64,000 nt of DNA from Psilocybe cubensis (lineage: Eukaryota), in NCBI GenBank assembly GCA_017499595.2, contig CM039004.1, forward strand, positions 372,001 to 436,000, in the 5' to 3' direction. Positions 12,770 to 24,900 of this stretch are shown one piece after another. Position numbers and translations under genes: made by a program. Each line of letters starts with the position of its first letter. Position 1 is the first letter of the stretch. Under the pieces are notes generated by a model. The model ran no database searches. It saw nothing but the letters and a program-made list of their open reading frames with translations, and was not told the origin of the DNA.

Positions 12770-14208
12770 ATGGAGGTCATCGCAGCTGCCACAACAGTCT
12801 GTGCTCTATGCAAGAGCATTGTGCAATGGATCGACCAACTAGTGCAAAAGGAGCAGCTTTTGACCCAGATATCGTCGAGCGTAATGCAGCTATATCACAT
12901 TCTCAAGCCATTCTCCTCTGAATCATTCAAAGGAAAGGGTGAGGCTGAATTGTCGCAGGCAATCCTGGCAGTAGGCGATGCATTGCAGAGAACAAAAGAG
13001 CACCTTGTCGTATGGAAGTATAAGAAGGCAAAACGCATCATGGCTTTTGTCAACCCTGGATCCCAAATTCAGCAGTTGCAGGAAGACCAGAAGCATATCA
13101 ACAACCAGCTCATCATCTTGCTCACAGCCATGGCTGCAGTTGGCTACTTCCGCGATCACTCGAACGATTCGCAAGGGACATCCAGCAGCATAGAGTCGCC
13201 TAGCTTCTCGGATGTATCCACAAAAACCTTGGTTCCTCAGATGGAAGAAATGGGCGATGGAGATGCGAAGGCGTTCTGGAGGGATTACATTGGCGTTAAG
13301 GTTCTGAGAAATCTTCACTCACTTTGAGGAACATACTAATGACAAATTTTGATAGGTCAACTTTGTGACCGTCGATGTTTTTCAGTCTAGATTGCAATCT
13401 TGGTATCAAGAATTCAAAGGCAACATTCCCCAGAGAGCTTCTGAACGCATGATCATGCGATTGGACGAATTCAACTGCGGAGGAATAACACCATATAACC
13501 TTGATTTAGCGTTGGAAGGGAGTACCCTGAAAGAATTTGTTGAAAATTATATCAAAGGTATGTCGCGATATTTTCAATTGTGCTTCAAACTTACAAGATA
13601 TTGGTAAAGGGGAAAAACCGAGGTCATTTCAGTATTCAAGAACCCGCAATACATCTACCAGCACTACTGTCAATGATCAAGCATTACGTGTTCCTCTTCT
13701 GGTCTGGATAGATGATTGTCCAGAGAACAATGTATATGAAGTATCTAAAGCTCGTCTATCTGGAATCATGGTTGTCGAGCTTTCTTCGACCGCCATCGCC
13801 AAGGCTTGGATTGAGGAAAACTTAGGTTTAACTTCAATTTCACTTAGCATGCTAACAACTAATGCATCATATATACTCCCAACAGACTTTTTACTTGACA
13901 ATGATCATCCATCAACTCTTCGATTCATTTCGGACAACGTTCGACTAGAAAGTACTAGTCCTAACTCAGGACCATTTCTAAATCAAACTGCAGGGGAAAA
14001 CTTCCTTCAGTATCTACGTGCGCGGTTCTTTGAGGCCCCTGTCCTTATATACACGGGGGCCAGTGTTGTAACCACACGCTATGTCTGTTCTTATGATGCA
14101 GCGGGATCTACGACCAACCTCGGTACTTGTTTGAGGTATATCCTGGGTCTGGCTTCTGGAGATAGTGATGATACATTTTGGAGAGGGTTTAACGTCAGTA
14201 AATCCTAG
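12770..14208 (+). CDS. Multidomain protein: N-terminal MLKL/Cbl-N-like helical bundle + Cbl-type EF-hand-like domain + CheY-like receiver domain (4 exons)
   Basis: Exons ~12770-13300, 13356-13557, ~13610-13825 and 13886-14208. The N-terminus forms amphipathic helices (MEVIAAATTVCALCKSIVQWIDQL...). The middle reads DAKAFWRDYIGVKVNFVTVDVFQSRL...RLDEFNCGGITPYNLD. The C-terminus reads LLVWIDDCPENN...RFISDNVR...AGENFLQYLR...PVLIYTG. Confidence 0.75.
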
Positions 14209-14569
14209 ATGTTGCAATACTCTGATAGTGTGGCAGTGAAGTCATCATTCAGCAAAGTATCGTCGCCCTTAGACTGCCGTCGCCCATTTGTATGCTCTGA
14301 CAACAGCGTCGAAGGTCAAAGGCAAGCATTTAATCACGGGTATGGTAGACTATAAGTAGCATATTATAATGTCGATTCATTTTTCTTTTAGCCCAATTTA
14401 CAGTTCTAACAACAGTGCTCTTCGCATCAAGGCATGTGCAGAGAGAGAGACAGCTGTGGGAATCGGGCGGGTAAAGGGGTACCTTGGGTCTAGTGCTGTG
14501 ACTCATCTTTTCTGACTCCCACGCACACTCTTACCCAGTTCATCATCCTCTGCGAGCTTGCTTTACACC

Positions 14570-16437
14570 ATGCGGAACAAGGCTGAGCTCAGTCCCTATC
14601 CCCGAGACCAATATCAGCACTGCATCCCAAGATTCATTCTACGAAATTTTTTGGAAGGACCTCGTAGCTTCATGTATGTTGTAAAACTAAAATTTCTTGG
14701 AGCAATGACTGCTGAAGACACAGCTGATCTGCATCTATTGCTACCAGTACAAAACGTGATCGACTCAAGTTGTTTCGCAAAATAAAAAAGAAAGGGGAAG
14801 AGCATGATACCGAACGGATATCGTTCTATCACATACCTTCAGGTATGCTGTACAATCGGCCAATAGCGAAGGTGTATGGATCCACAAATCTCTACCGCGA
14901 CTTCTCAAACCCCATAGACGTTGACCACCTGGAACGTCAATTTTCAAAGCTAGAGCAAGAAGCTTCGCTAGCAATAAAGGCCATATATCGTGGGATCCAT
15001 CAACAAATGTTTACTTTATCACGGAAAGAGCTTGCTACGGTGCGAAAGTTCATTTTTCTGATGCACTTTCGCAACGATGCGGTTTCATCGACCTATTTCC
15101 ACGAGAACAATCCTACCAATGCACCTCTCGTTGACTGGATTAGAAAATACAAAGAGACTCGACAGCTCAAAACCGACGTCGACGTTTGGAAGGATGGTCT
15201 AAAATACTACCTCAATACTCCACATCACGAGATAGTCGCAACCGGAGAGCGACTCCGGGAAAGGTACGGGGAATTCAGGCTCCAAGAGATGCTGAGGAAA
15301 CGACTCGACCCAGACATCGAGGAATGGTATGCCATTGACTACGAAAGTCTTGCGAATTACTTCTTCCTCGGTGTCTGGGAAGCGGCGGACGACTCTGACT
15401 TTGTGTTAAGTGGGAATGGATTTGGGCTATGGGAGGGGTTGATATATGGAAGTCCGGGGGCCCATAGACTTTATGTCGTGAGCCCCCGGATCGTCATCGT
15501 TCTTCGCCGGACCTTCCTCCACCAACCACACTCTAATGACCCTTCTATCCTTTACAGCTGTCTTGCTGATATCCCCATTATGCCTCCGAACATCAACTAC
15601 GCAGACCCCAGTGCTTTTGAAAATCTCGACGACAGCGATCCGACACTTTTGAGGAATATACGCGACGCATATCGATGCTCAGAGCAGGCCCAGAAGGACC
15701 AATTTACGTTCAGAATTACCAAGCTATCGAAAGCTCAGACATACGCCGTCAATGAGGTAACAATGATGAACGCTAATCTTCATCCCGAGGGCTCTCTCAC
15801 CTTCGCCTCTCCTGCAGCAATGCTCGACACACTCCAGTTATATATGGCCTCTCACAACACATTTCTTGGTGGGAAAAGAAGATTATTTATGCCACTTGTG
15901 CAACAGTTGGTTGGGCTCTGCTGCCAGGATTCTTCCCCAACCACTCAGGCGACGCTAGATTTTCCTTGGCACGCTGACACAGACGCTGATCGACAGCTAC
16001 ACATGTTCTTACGCTTCATAGTTGCCAATTCCGTTTCATTCCCTTCTTCATATAATCGTGCATACATTATCTATCATATGTCAACCGACATCCCCTCCCT
16101 TTCCAATCCAGTGTCAAGTAAAATCCGGGAGATTCAGAGAGAAGCGGTTCAAGCTCTCCGGCATATCCTTGATCCACCCCTTCTTCCCTGCGCCAAATCA
16201 GACTCTTCTCTTTCCCCGCGAAATATTGTGGAAACTCTACCCAACGACGAATCAGAGTTATTCTTCTCGTTAGTTGGCCATCAGATGAACCACCTGCAGG
16301 TTGGCAAATACACCAACGACATTCTGGCCAATATTATCTATGAGGCTTCAATTATTGGAGTCACTCATTGGATTGCTAATAATAGGCCTGACGTGCTCTT
16401 TGAACTGGTAGGAAATTGGGCCACTGTAGTAGCCTAA
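14570..16437 (+). CDS. DUF4238 domain protein (~600 aa, one intron 14674-14747)
   Basis: N-terminal QHCIPRFILRNF, then NLYRD, LERQFSKLE..AS, RKFIFLMHFR, FVLSGNG and VVSPRIVIVL. These match the DUF4238 motif pattern as I recall it (H.IP.F.L..F ... E..FS..E ... F..SD.P ... P.SP). Confidence 0.8.
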
Positions 16438-16472
16438 AAAATCAAATCCATTTCTTTGCAACTTTAACTCCC

Positions 16473-16641
16473 CGCGCGGCTTGCCAGTGGCACTTTTGAT
16501 CAAACAAAATTAGAAATCGCTTGCAAGTCGCTGGGAGGTTATTACATTGGATTTAACACCAGAATTGTCAACTTGAGTAGAAAAATTAAGCTAATAGCTA
16601 AGCGTTGTATCTGACTTCATTGAAATAGTAGTTGAGCGACA
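16473..16641 (-). repeat. Dispersed ~165-bp repeat, copy B (inverted relative to 2448-2605)
   Basis: cgcgcggcttgcc...aattaagctaatagctaagcgttgtatctgacttcattgaaatagtagttgagcgaca. It begins about 35 bp after the DUF4238 stop codon. Confidence 0.9.
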
Positions 16642-16891
16642 GAGCGAGTGAACCTTGAAGATTCCTAAACGCGATCACGTGCCATATTTACAATGCCCGC
16701 CACGAACTCCGGCCATCTTACGTTGATCGGTTTGCACTGAGGGGGCCAACATAGCTTCAACTCCCAATTGTCCCAGGCGCCCAATCCACACTTGTTATAC
16801 CTATTCATATCTATATCTACACTACTGTCTTTTCCAAATACTCGGCGGGTCCCCTATTTTCTTTTTTCCTCCTTTTCGCTCGCTCGGTAGT

Positions 16892-19438
16892 ATGAGACGG
16901 CATTTCTACGTCATCACCTTGACATTGCGATTTGCGCTCGCTCAATCGCCAACAACTATTGCTGCTCCAGGTCAACCCACGCATAAAGGCGAAACTGGGA
17001 AATTCGAACTGCTCGACAACAGCATAGTCAGTGCCCAGCAGGTGAATCTCGAATAACATTCTTGAACGATATCTATGGCTATTTATCATCGAATTGGTCG
17101 TATAACGCTTCAGCTATTTCTAGGGCGAGTCGATAAGGTGTATCTCATTGACAAAGTGGAGAATAACCCCAACCAAATCAACGGCCACCCGGCCTGGGCA
17201 TCAGGTATGTAGTACCCACCCGCCCTATTCCACACGTCCGGTCGACCCCAAATCTTATATGGTACATCAGAATACCGACTCTCAGATAATCGTCAAAGGG
17301 CACTGGACATCCCTACAAACACATTTTGCGCGGTAGGGTCCCCATCGCCTTTTCTATACAATTCTGACTTCGTTTAGGGCGGCAGCGTGCTTGGAAACGG
17401 AACGTGGATTAACGTCGGTGGCAATCAGGCAGTAACGAGTGGAGGAAATCCTGCAGCGACACAGGATGGGAGATCGGGGCCTTACATGGACGCAGATGGA
17501 CGTAGAATGTGTGTACGTCAACGGCGGATTTACAATTTTTGCTGAATTTCTTGTCTAGGATTCGGTCGGTTCAACGACCAAATTATCAAGAATTATTTGT
17601 GATATCTCTTTTTTAGCTTGCTGAATCCCTGCGACGGAGATGACTGTAGCTGGACTACGTCAGGATACCAGTCCGAGCAACGCTGGTACCCTACTTTGTG
17701 AGCATTTTCAATTCACTCCTATTTCAAGGACCAATACACCGATCAAGAGAAACTCTGGAAGACGGTAGCGTTATAATTGTAAGCACAATCAACTTTTTGT
17801 TGTTCAAATCCCCTCTTTACAACATGTATAGATTGGCGGAAGCAAAAACGGGGGATATCTCAACGATGCGGGTCAAACGAACCCAACATACGAATTCTTT
17901 CCCCCATCAGGACCCGCCATCCGCTCCAATTTCCTCGAAAACACCCTACCCGCCAACTTGTATCCCCTCACTTGGCTCCTTCCATCCGGTAAACTTCTCG
18001 TGCAGGCCATGCGGTCTACAATATTGCTAGATCACAAGACCAAGGTGGAAACACCACTGGACGACATGCCTGATGCCGTCCGAACGTATCCTGCGAGCGC
18101 TGGGACGGTCATGATGCCATTGACGCCCGCCAACAACTGGACGGCGACGATCATGTTCTGCGGCGGCTCTGATGTGCCTACAGACCAGTGCGTTACAGGT
18201 GGGTACAATCTCAATATTCTAACCCTTTACTTTGGAATTGTAGGTGGGCCTCGCCAAAGTTTGTCCCTATATCTCAGGCGGCTGCCACGTCCTGCGTGAA
18301 GATTGCCCCTGACGTGTCTGGGACATATGTCAACGACGATCCACTTCCAGAGCGCAGGTCCATGGCAAGCTTGATTCTGCTCCCAGATGGCAAGATATTA
18401 TGTCTCAACGGCGCAAAGACAGGTACGGTTTGTGTTGGCTGACACGGTGTATGCTGATGATACTTAGGAACTGCGGGCTACGGAACGACGTCATGGTCAA
18501 TTGGCCAGTCCTACGCCGACGACCCAGTCCTTCTCCCAGTGTTATACAACCCGGATGCCGCTGCAGGAAGTCGGTGGTCCAGCAACGGACTGTCTCCAAG
18601 CACCGTGCCCAGGATGTATCATTCCTCTGCAACCCTCCTCCCCGACGGTTTGTCTGCACTATTCCTTCAGTCTCTCTACACTCAACCTTTCCAACTACAG
18701 GGTCAGTGTTCGTATCAGGATCGAACCCCAACGCCGACTACGCCTCTGCCTCTGATGTCCTATTCCCAACTGAATATCGCACTGAACGGTTTTATCCCCC
18801 ATATTACAACGAGAGGCGGCCACAACCTAAAGGGCTTATAAACAAGCTCTCTTACGGAGGCCCTCCTTTTGAAGTTGTACTCGACGCTGACGATCTGTTC
18901 AAGGACGTTCAAAATGTTGACTCTGCAAGAGTGGTCGTTATCCGCACCGGTTTCTCGACGCACGCCATCGTGAGCCCTATTTCTTCAACTCTTTCTTTCG
19001 TCATTTGCGATTAATACTTGTCAGAACATGGGCCAAAGAATGATAGTCCTCCAATCGACGTACTCCGGGTTTAGCAACACAACCGCAGTCCTACACGTCT
19101 CACAAATGCCGCCTAACCCGGCGATATTCCCTCCTGGACCCGCATGGATGTTCCTCGTCGTCAAGGGTATTCCCTCAGTCGGCGTGCAGGTTATGGTGGG
19201 CTCAGGCAACATCGAGACGCAGAATATTCTGCCTATCGCTTCTCTCCCCGATGCGATGATATATCGCGCTGATGATACGACCTCGAGCTCGTCTGGTGCG
19301 TCTTCTACGAGTTCTGCGACAGATGGTCAGAGTCAGAAGACTAGTTCTGCTGTGAGATTGGATTGTTGGCTCGCTCTGCGCTGTCTGTCTTTGTGGTCTG
19401 TGGCTCTGCTGAGTCTGTCTCTGTTGCTCCGGGGCTAG
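16892..19438 (+). CDS. Copper-radical oxidase (glyoxal oxidase family, CAZy AA5_1, CRO2-like), secreted, probably GPI-anchored
   Basis: Signal-like MRRHFYVITLTLRFALA. Motifs TNTFCA, QRWYPT, LYPLTWLLPSG, RTYPAS, PRMYHSSATLLPDG, GFSTHA and PPNPAIFPPGPA. Ser/Thr-rich stalk followed by a hydrophobic C-terminus. Confidence 0.93.
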
Positions 19439-20170
19439 AAAATTTGTCTCTCTGCTGGCTTGTGATTCTGGGGCTTGGACTATGTGATAGTTTATACCGA
19501 TTTGTATTAGTATGTGAGGCTAAACGACGATCTTTACCTTTCCCTCGAAGTCAGTTATGTATTCCGTGTGCATCTAAACAAGCATTAACGAACCATTTTA
19601 TACTTGAATTCAATAGTAAATGCCTTGATCTTGTTGAACATTACTGTATGTCACCATATTCATATCAGTGGGACTAAAAGGAACTCTCTATGGAAGGTCA
19701 AAATAGCTATGCGCCCGACAGACAAAGTGCATCCTCCATAGGGTGGACTTGGAAGGATGATCTATGTATAGGGGTTCAATCGAAGGCGTTCTAAAAATAG
19801 CCATTGCCAGTTGTAGCGAATTGATGCATACGAATACCTAAATGAACTGGAATATAATAAGTGGAGGTTAATCTCATTTGCTCTTTTACACACACTACCA
19901 CGATGATTCCCAAGCGCTTCAAGGGATGAATCGATGACCAGCAGAACAGCATAAAATTGCCCAGACCATCAAAACGTAACACGAGGCTTTACCCAAGCTT
20001 TACCGACAAATACGCAGGCAGGCATGCACCTGCAGCACGTGTCGGTGCACTCTCACCCCAACCACCCTCATCCAGCTCAGTGCCTCCAGATAATCTGATA
20101 CACCTCGCCTCTTCAGACTGGACTAGGAAGCGATACCAACCACCACCTAATACATTCTTTCCATCTATTT

Positions 20171-20913
20171 ATGCCAGTGGGAGACCAGAGCGCAGAGGAA
20201 CACTATCACTGCTACCTTGCCTCGCAGCGCCGAGTCGAACGATGGGTGCAACGGACCGATAAAGAGCTGCGGGCAGCTATGGCTGGATCTGCAGTGCAGA
20301 TGCCCGGTGCGAAAGGAAAAGCGGTTGTGAGGAGCGAGGAGAAGAGGAGCCAGGATGTGCAATTGGGAGATAAAGATCTGGTGCCAGCTGAGCCGCCCCG
20401 CGAGGAGGTACTGCCCCAGCGGGAACGGCATCACGAGGAACATAGTCGTCCGAGTCGAAGGAGGTCCGAACGGACATTGTCCACGCCGTCCAACAAGCGC
20501 CCTACGTCTTCCGAAGAGCTCTTACAGCACAGTCGCAGTCGCTCGCGGCCGTCATCCGGATCCAAGAAGACTAAAACGAGTCATGTGTCAGGAGGAAGAA
20601 GTTCTCAACCTCACCCTACCAAGTCTAGCGCCCGTCATGGATATGGACATAGTCATACACACCATCGTCGAGAATCTGTGTATTCCAATCCTGACATAAC
20701 ACTGTCCTCGTACCTCCCATACGGCGTGCTACCACTCCTGTATGCCATCACAGGTTCACCTGCGCTATCTATCGTTGCTGCAATCATTTTGCTCGCATTG
20801 TACCTTTACGTGGACTTTGGTGTAAGCTACGTTCTCAAACACATAAACTACATTCTCAATTTTTTATTCAGACACCAGCCACGAAGAAGAAATCTTCATC
20901 GTCGTCGTCATGA
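20171..20913 (+). CDS. Hypothetical Ser/Arg/His-rich protein with C-terminal transmembrane segment(s)
   Basis: 252-aa ORF with a hydrophobic stretch YLPYGVLPLLYAITGSPALSIVAAIILLALYLYV. A probable short terminal intron (~20822-20871) makes the 3' end approximate. Confidence 0.6.
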
Positions 20914-21300
20914 CTTGGCATTTTTGTGAGCGCTCCGTTAGGGGTCCGCATTATAACTGTGCCCGCAATGAGCTCCAACAATCTACGACTACCACGACTC
21001 TACGCCCCAGACATACGTAGCTACTGACTTATCTTGCTGTCATGACCTTTGCTTTCAGCTGTTAGAAAAAAAAACCACATCCATCGCATTGCATACCCGG
21101 CTATTCGCATAGAAATTACCTATCTACATACACATACTTCTTGCATACGGAATCTGTTACAACTATTACCGCTACCCACATACCCTGCAAATAAAAGCCT
21201 CTTTAACAAAGTTCAAACTATCCATCTGACGCCGAGGGCAGTACAGACATGTGTCGTTTCGGTTCGTGGGTTCATAACTATCAGCTCATGATCAGTTCGA

Positions 21301-21700
21301 CAGATCGACAAAATGGGCAGAATAAAAAATCAGTATCCAGGAAAACGATAGAAAACTGAAATAGAAAAATACGAAACATAGACATGCTCCAAGCTACGCT
21401 ATAGTATGTTAAGTCGCAACGAAACGAAAAATGCAATGTACAACACACCACATCATCCTGCAAGCCTAACGAAAAGCAAAGTGATATGTACTCAAGGTGA
21501 GCTCTCCGGACCATATTTCAGCAAATCGACAAAATGCATAAAATAGAAAATTAGTATACAAGAAACGAAAAAAACAGGCAAAACCGAAACATACTCCAAG
21601 CTACGCTACGATGTAAGATCTAATAAATACAACGAAAAACAAAAGGTGCACAGCACACCATCACCATCACCTCCCACAGGCCTAGCCAAAGGGCGAGCAG
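21301..21700. repeat. Diverged ~220-bp A-rich tandem duplication between convergent genes
   Basis: atcgacaaaatg...ctccaagctacgcta...cacacca...gccta occurs at ~21304-21470 and again at ~21525-21685. Confidence 0.6.
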
Positions 21701-21991
21701 GGGTGATCAGTGATCGATGCACAGTGCACATGAAAAAGGCTGACGAAAACAAAATCTACATACTCGAAAACAATGGGGCATATGGGTAACGGGTAGCTGG
21801 TAAGGTAGGCAGGCAGGCAGGCAGGCGGGAAAATGTAGGGGGTAAGGTAAGTAAAACCGCCTAAGATATTATGTATAAACTACTTTCAAAAGGTGGGATG
21901 GGCCGAGAGGTGGTCAACAGCTTACTGTATTCCAACCACAACAGCACTTCCCAATCCAACGTCCAACATACACATTCCACCCACAACACAT

Positions 21992-24900
21992 TCACTCATC
22001 ATCTTCAAAGCGCAATATCTGGGCGTCCTCGTCTATAGGCACATTTCTGTACCCCCTCCTTGAGCGGAACAGATGCGTGTCAGCGCGGGAGACGACCCAT
22101 TCCCATGCGATACCCGCCAACCCGATGATAAACCACGGCACAGACGCGAGCGTAGCCAACACACCCGTGTCGCCGCCATAAGCAGGTCTCGAGTCGCCCG
22201 GCAGCCGGATTGTTCTGTAAATGGGAAAAAGGTTTGGGTGGTTAGCTTCAAGTGTTTATGTGCGCCTCTCCTTAAAAGGCACACTCACCCCCTCGCGAGC
22301 CCGCTCTTGCGATAATAATAATACGCCACCAACGCCGTGAATCCAAACGGCAAGAGCAACATCAAGAACCAGAACCATCCGCCCTTGGACTTGAACCCAG
22401 GACACACATGCTCAGCACCGCGATCAGGCCGGTATCCATCCACACAACTCGAAAACGGAATCTTGCGGTATGGCGTACGCTCGTACCAGAAATCTTCGCC
22501 GTTCGAGCACGAGTCGTCGTCTGGTAGAGGTGTTGTACCGGGCACAAGCACACATTCATCGTTGGCGTTTTTGACGTAGTTGAATTCACTGTGCATTATG
22601 AGGGGTTTAATACTATATTTTAAAGATTGTTGGTGGATATGTAAGAGACTGACCATTCAAAGTCGACCTTTGTGCAAGCGCATGGCTCGACGGTACGCTC
22701 TGCGGCTTTGGGCTGATTGCCGACTACACAATTTGCATCACGTACGCGACGGTGGTACAAAGTCTGCAACAAGTGAGTCAACATGTATGAATTCACCGAA
22801 AAAGCAACAGTCCTCGCACCTGTCGCCCAAAGAGACATTGCTCCGGTCTTTCCTCGCTGGGACTCCAAAGCTCAAAGTCATCATGTCCAGGATCCTCAAT
22901 GTTCATAACACCTACGAGGATGCAGCATCAACCATCAAAACCTATACAACCGACAAGAAAAAAAAGCTCACATTGCTTCAAAGTCAACGACGAAAAATCG
23001 ATATGCACAACCGCCGTACCAGACGTCTTCAACATCTCACCCATCAAAATGAATTTTCTACTTGTATCCTCGGGGACCGTGACAATCTTCCTCACGCGCA
23101 TTTTCTCCTCGCTGAACTTGTACTGACGCCAATTCAGACCTTCGTCTGTGCTAAACAGCACAAAGTCGACAGGTTCTTCGTCGTTGGCTAAGACGAGGAT
23201 CGAACCAGAATCTCCGAATTCCCAGAGGTGCGCGTCTTTGTGTACTTCTTGCCAGGTGAACCCGCCGTCTCGGCTTAGGAACGTGTCACTCTCGGTATAA
23301 GGTGCCAGGGACTCGCCGACGTTGCCGACGGCCATGACGAGACCTGGAATGGAGGGGCTACTATAGGACGCTCGAGGGTCGTTGCGTTCGGTATATCCAT
23401 GGATGTGAAGTTGACATTTCTGAATGAAAAATGAGGAAAAAAGGGAAGATGTGAAACAACGAAAAGCACTCACTGTCCCTGAACAAGGATACTCTCGTCC
23501 CTGAGAATCATGGAGTGGCGGGTTCAAAGGCGTCCAGGTACTTCCTGTAAATCACAGTCAAATTACATTCCTATAGCGCCAGACTCTACTAGACTCACCA
23601 TCGTTATGGGTGATTCGACTCTGGATGACCTTCTTCCCAGATATCTTAGCTTCGTCAGGGTTTGCCACGACATTGATCAAAGCAATTCCATCCAAACCAA
23701 TGAGCTTTTCGAAATCAACATAACCGTTCCTATCCCTATTGACGTTCTCGATTGATATCCCAAAGTATGTCCCGTTCGAATTGGACTTGAGGATGGTACC
23801 CCATAGAGGCGCGGGCGCTTCTGATATGGTCATATGCAGGAAGAGTGCATTGGTGCTGGATTCGAGGACTGTGTAGGCCTGTAGTACATTGAAGATATAA
23901 TTCAGAAAAAAATGTTTTCATAGCGAACTTTTTTAAAATGCACTTACGTGAGTCTCTGGGTTCAAGTTCGGCGGGAATTGACCTGAAGCGAAATGAGCAC
24001 CGTCTAGAGAAACCTGCAGGCCAAGCGACCTCTTCTCCGTGTTCATCTACTTCGCCGTTGTAATCTTACCCCACAATCAAGAACACAAAAGCAAGACGCA
24101 CCTCTGCAACAATCAAAAACTCTGAAAACTTGGCATAGCCCACAACCCAATCAAACATCTTCTTCCTCCCTCCCTCCCTATAAAAGTCCCGCCCAACCAC
24201 AAGCTCCAGCGGACTCCTTCCCTCCAGTGTCCTCTGACTGCCCTTCTTATCCCTATAACTCTCGCACAGAATCTCGCTCGGATCCGCATCCAACTCTCTG
24301 TCCTTTGCAAAAGCACAATTCCGAACATAACCATCAATAATCGTCCATGAATGACCATTGTCACGACTGTACTGTGCCTCTGCGTGGCAGTTAAGACTGT
24401 TGCCGTCGCAGTCACGATTGCCTGTCCAGATGAGATACTCCGATTGTGGATGGAAGGAGATGACTTGGTTCGGGAATGGGCTGGGCGGTGTGGGCGCCTC
24501 GCGCGGGAACCAGTTCTTGCCTGTGTCGGTGGTGTAATAAAAGGTGCGGGTGTCAGTGATGAGGTAAGCGCGGTCCGTCGAGTACTTGTGGTGGTAAAAT
24601 GCGTAGAATTTGACGTCGGGGAAGAGCTGTCGGAACGAGTAGCCTTCGTTGCTGGATTGCCAGATCGTGTGGTCATTCAACCGGACCAGAATGGTCTACA
24701 CGGAATAGGGGCGAGATGAGTTTTGGCGAGGACAGAAACGCATAGCTGAATTACCTGAGATCCCTTGAAATAAGCGTGCTGCACAATCTGACTATGGAAC
24801 TGATGCTGTAATCGGAGTTAGAATCCATACACTCCATATGAAATCATTGACTAACGGATGTATGAGTTATCTCCCCTTCGGCAGGCTGAGCTTTTGATCG

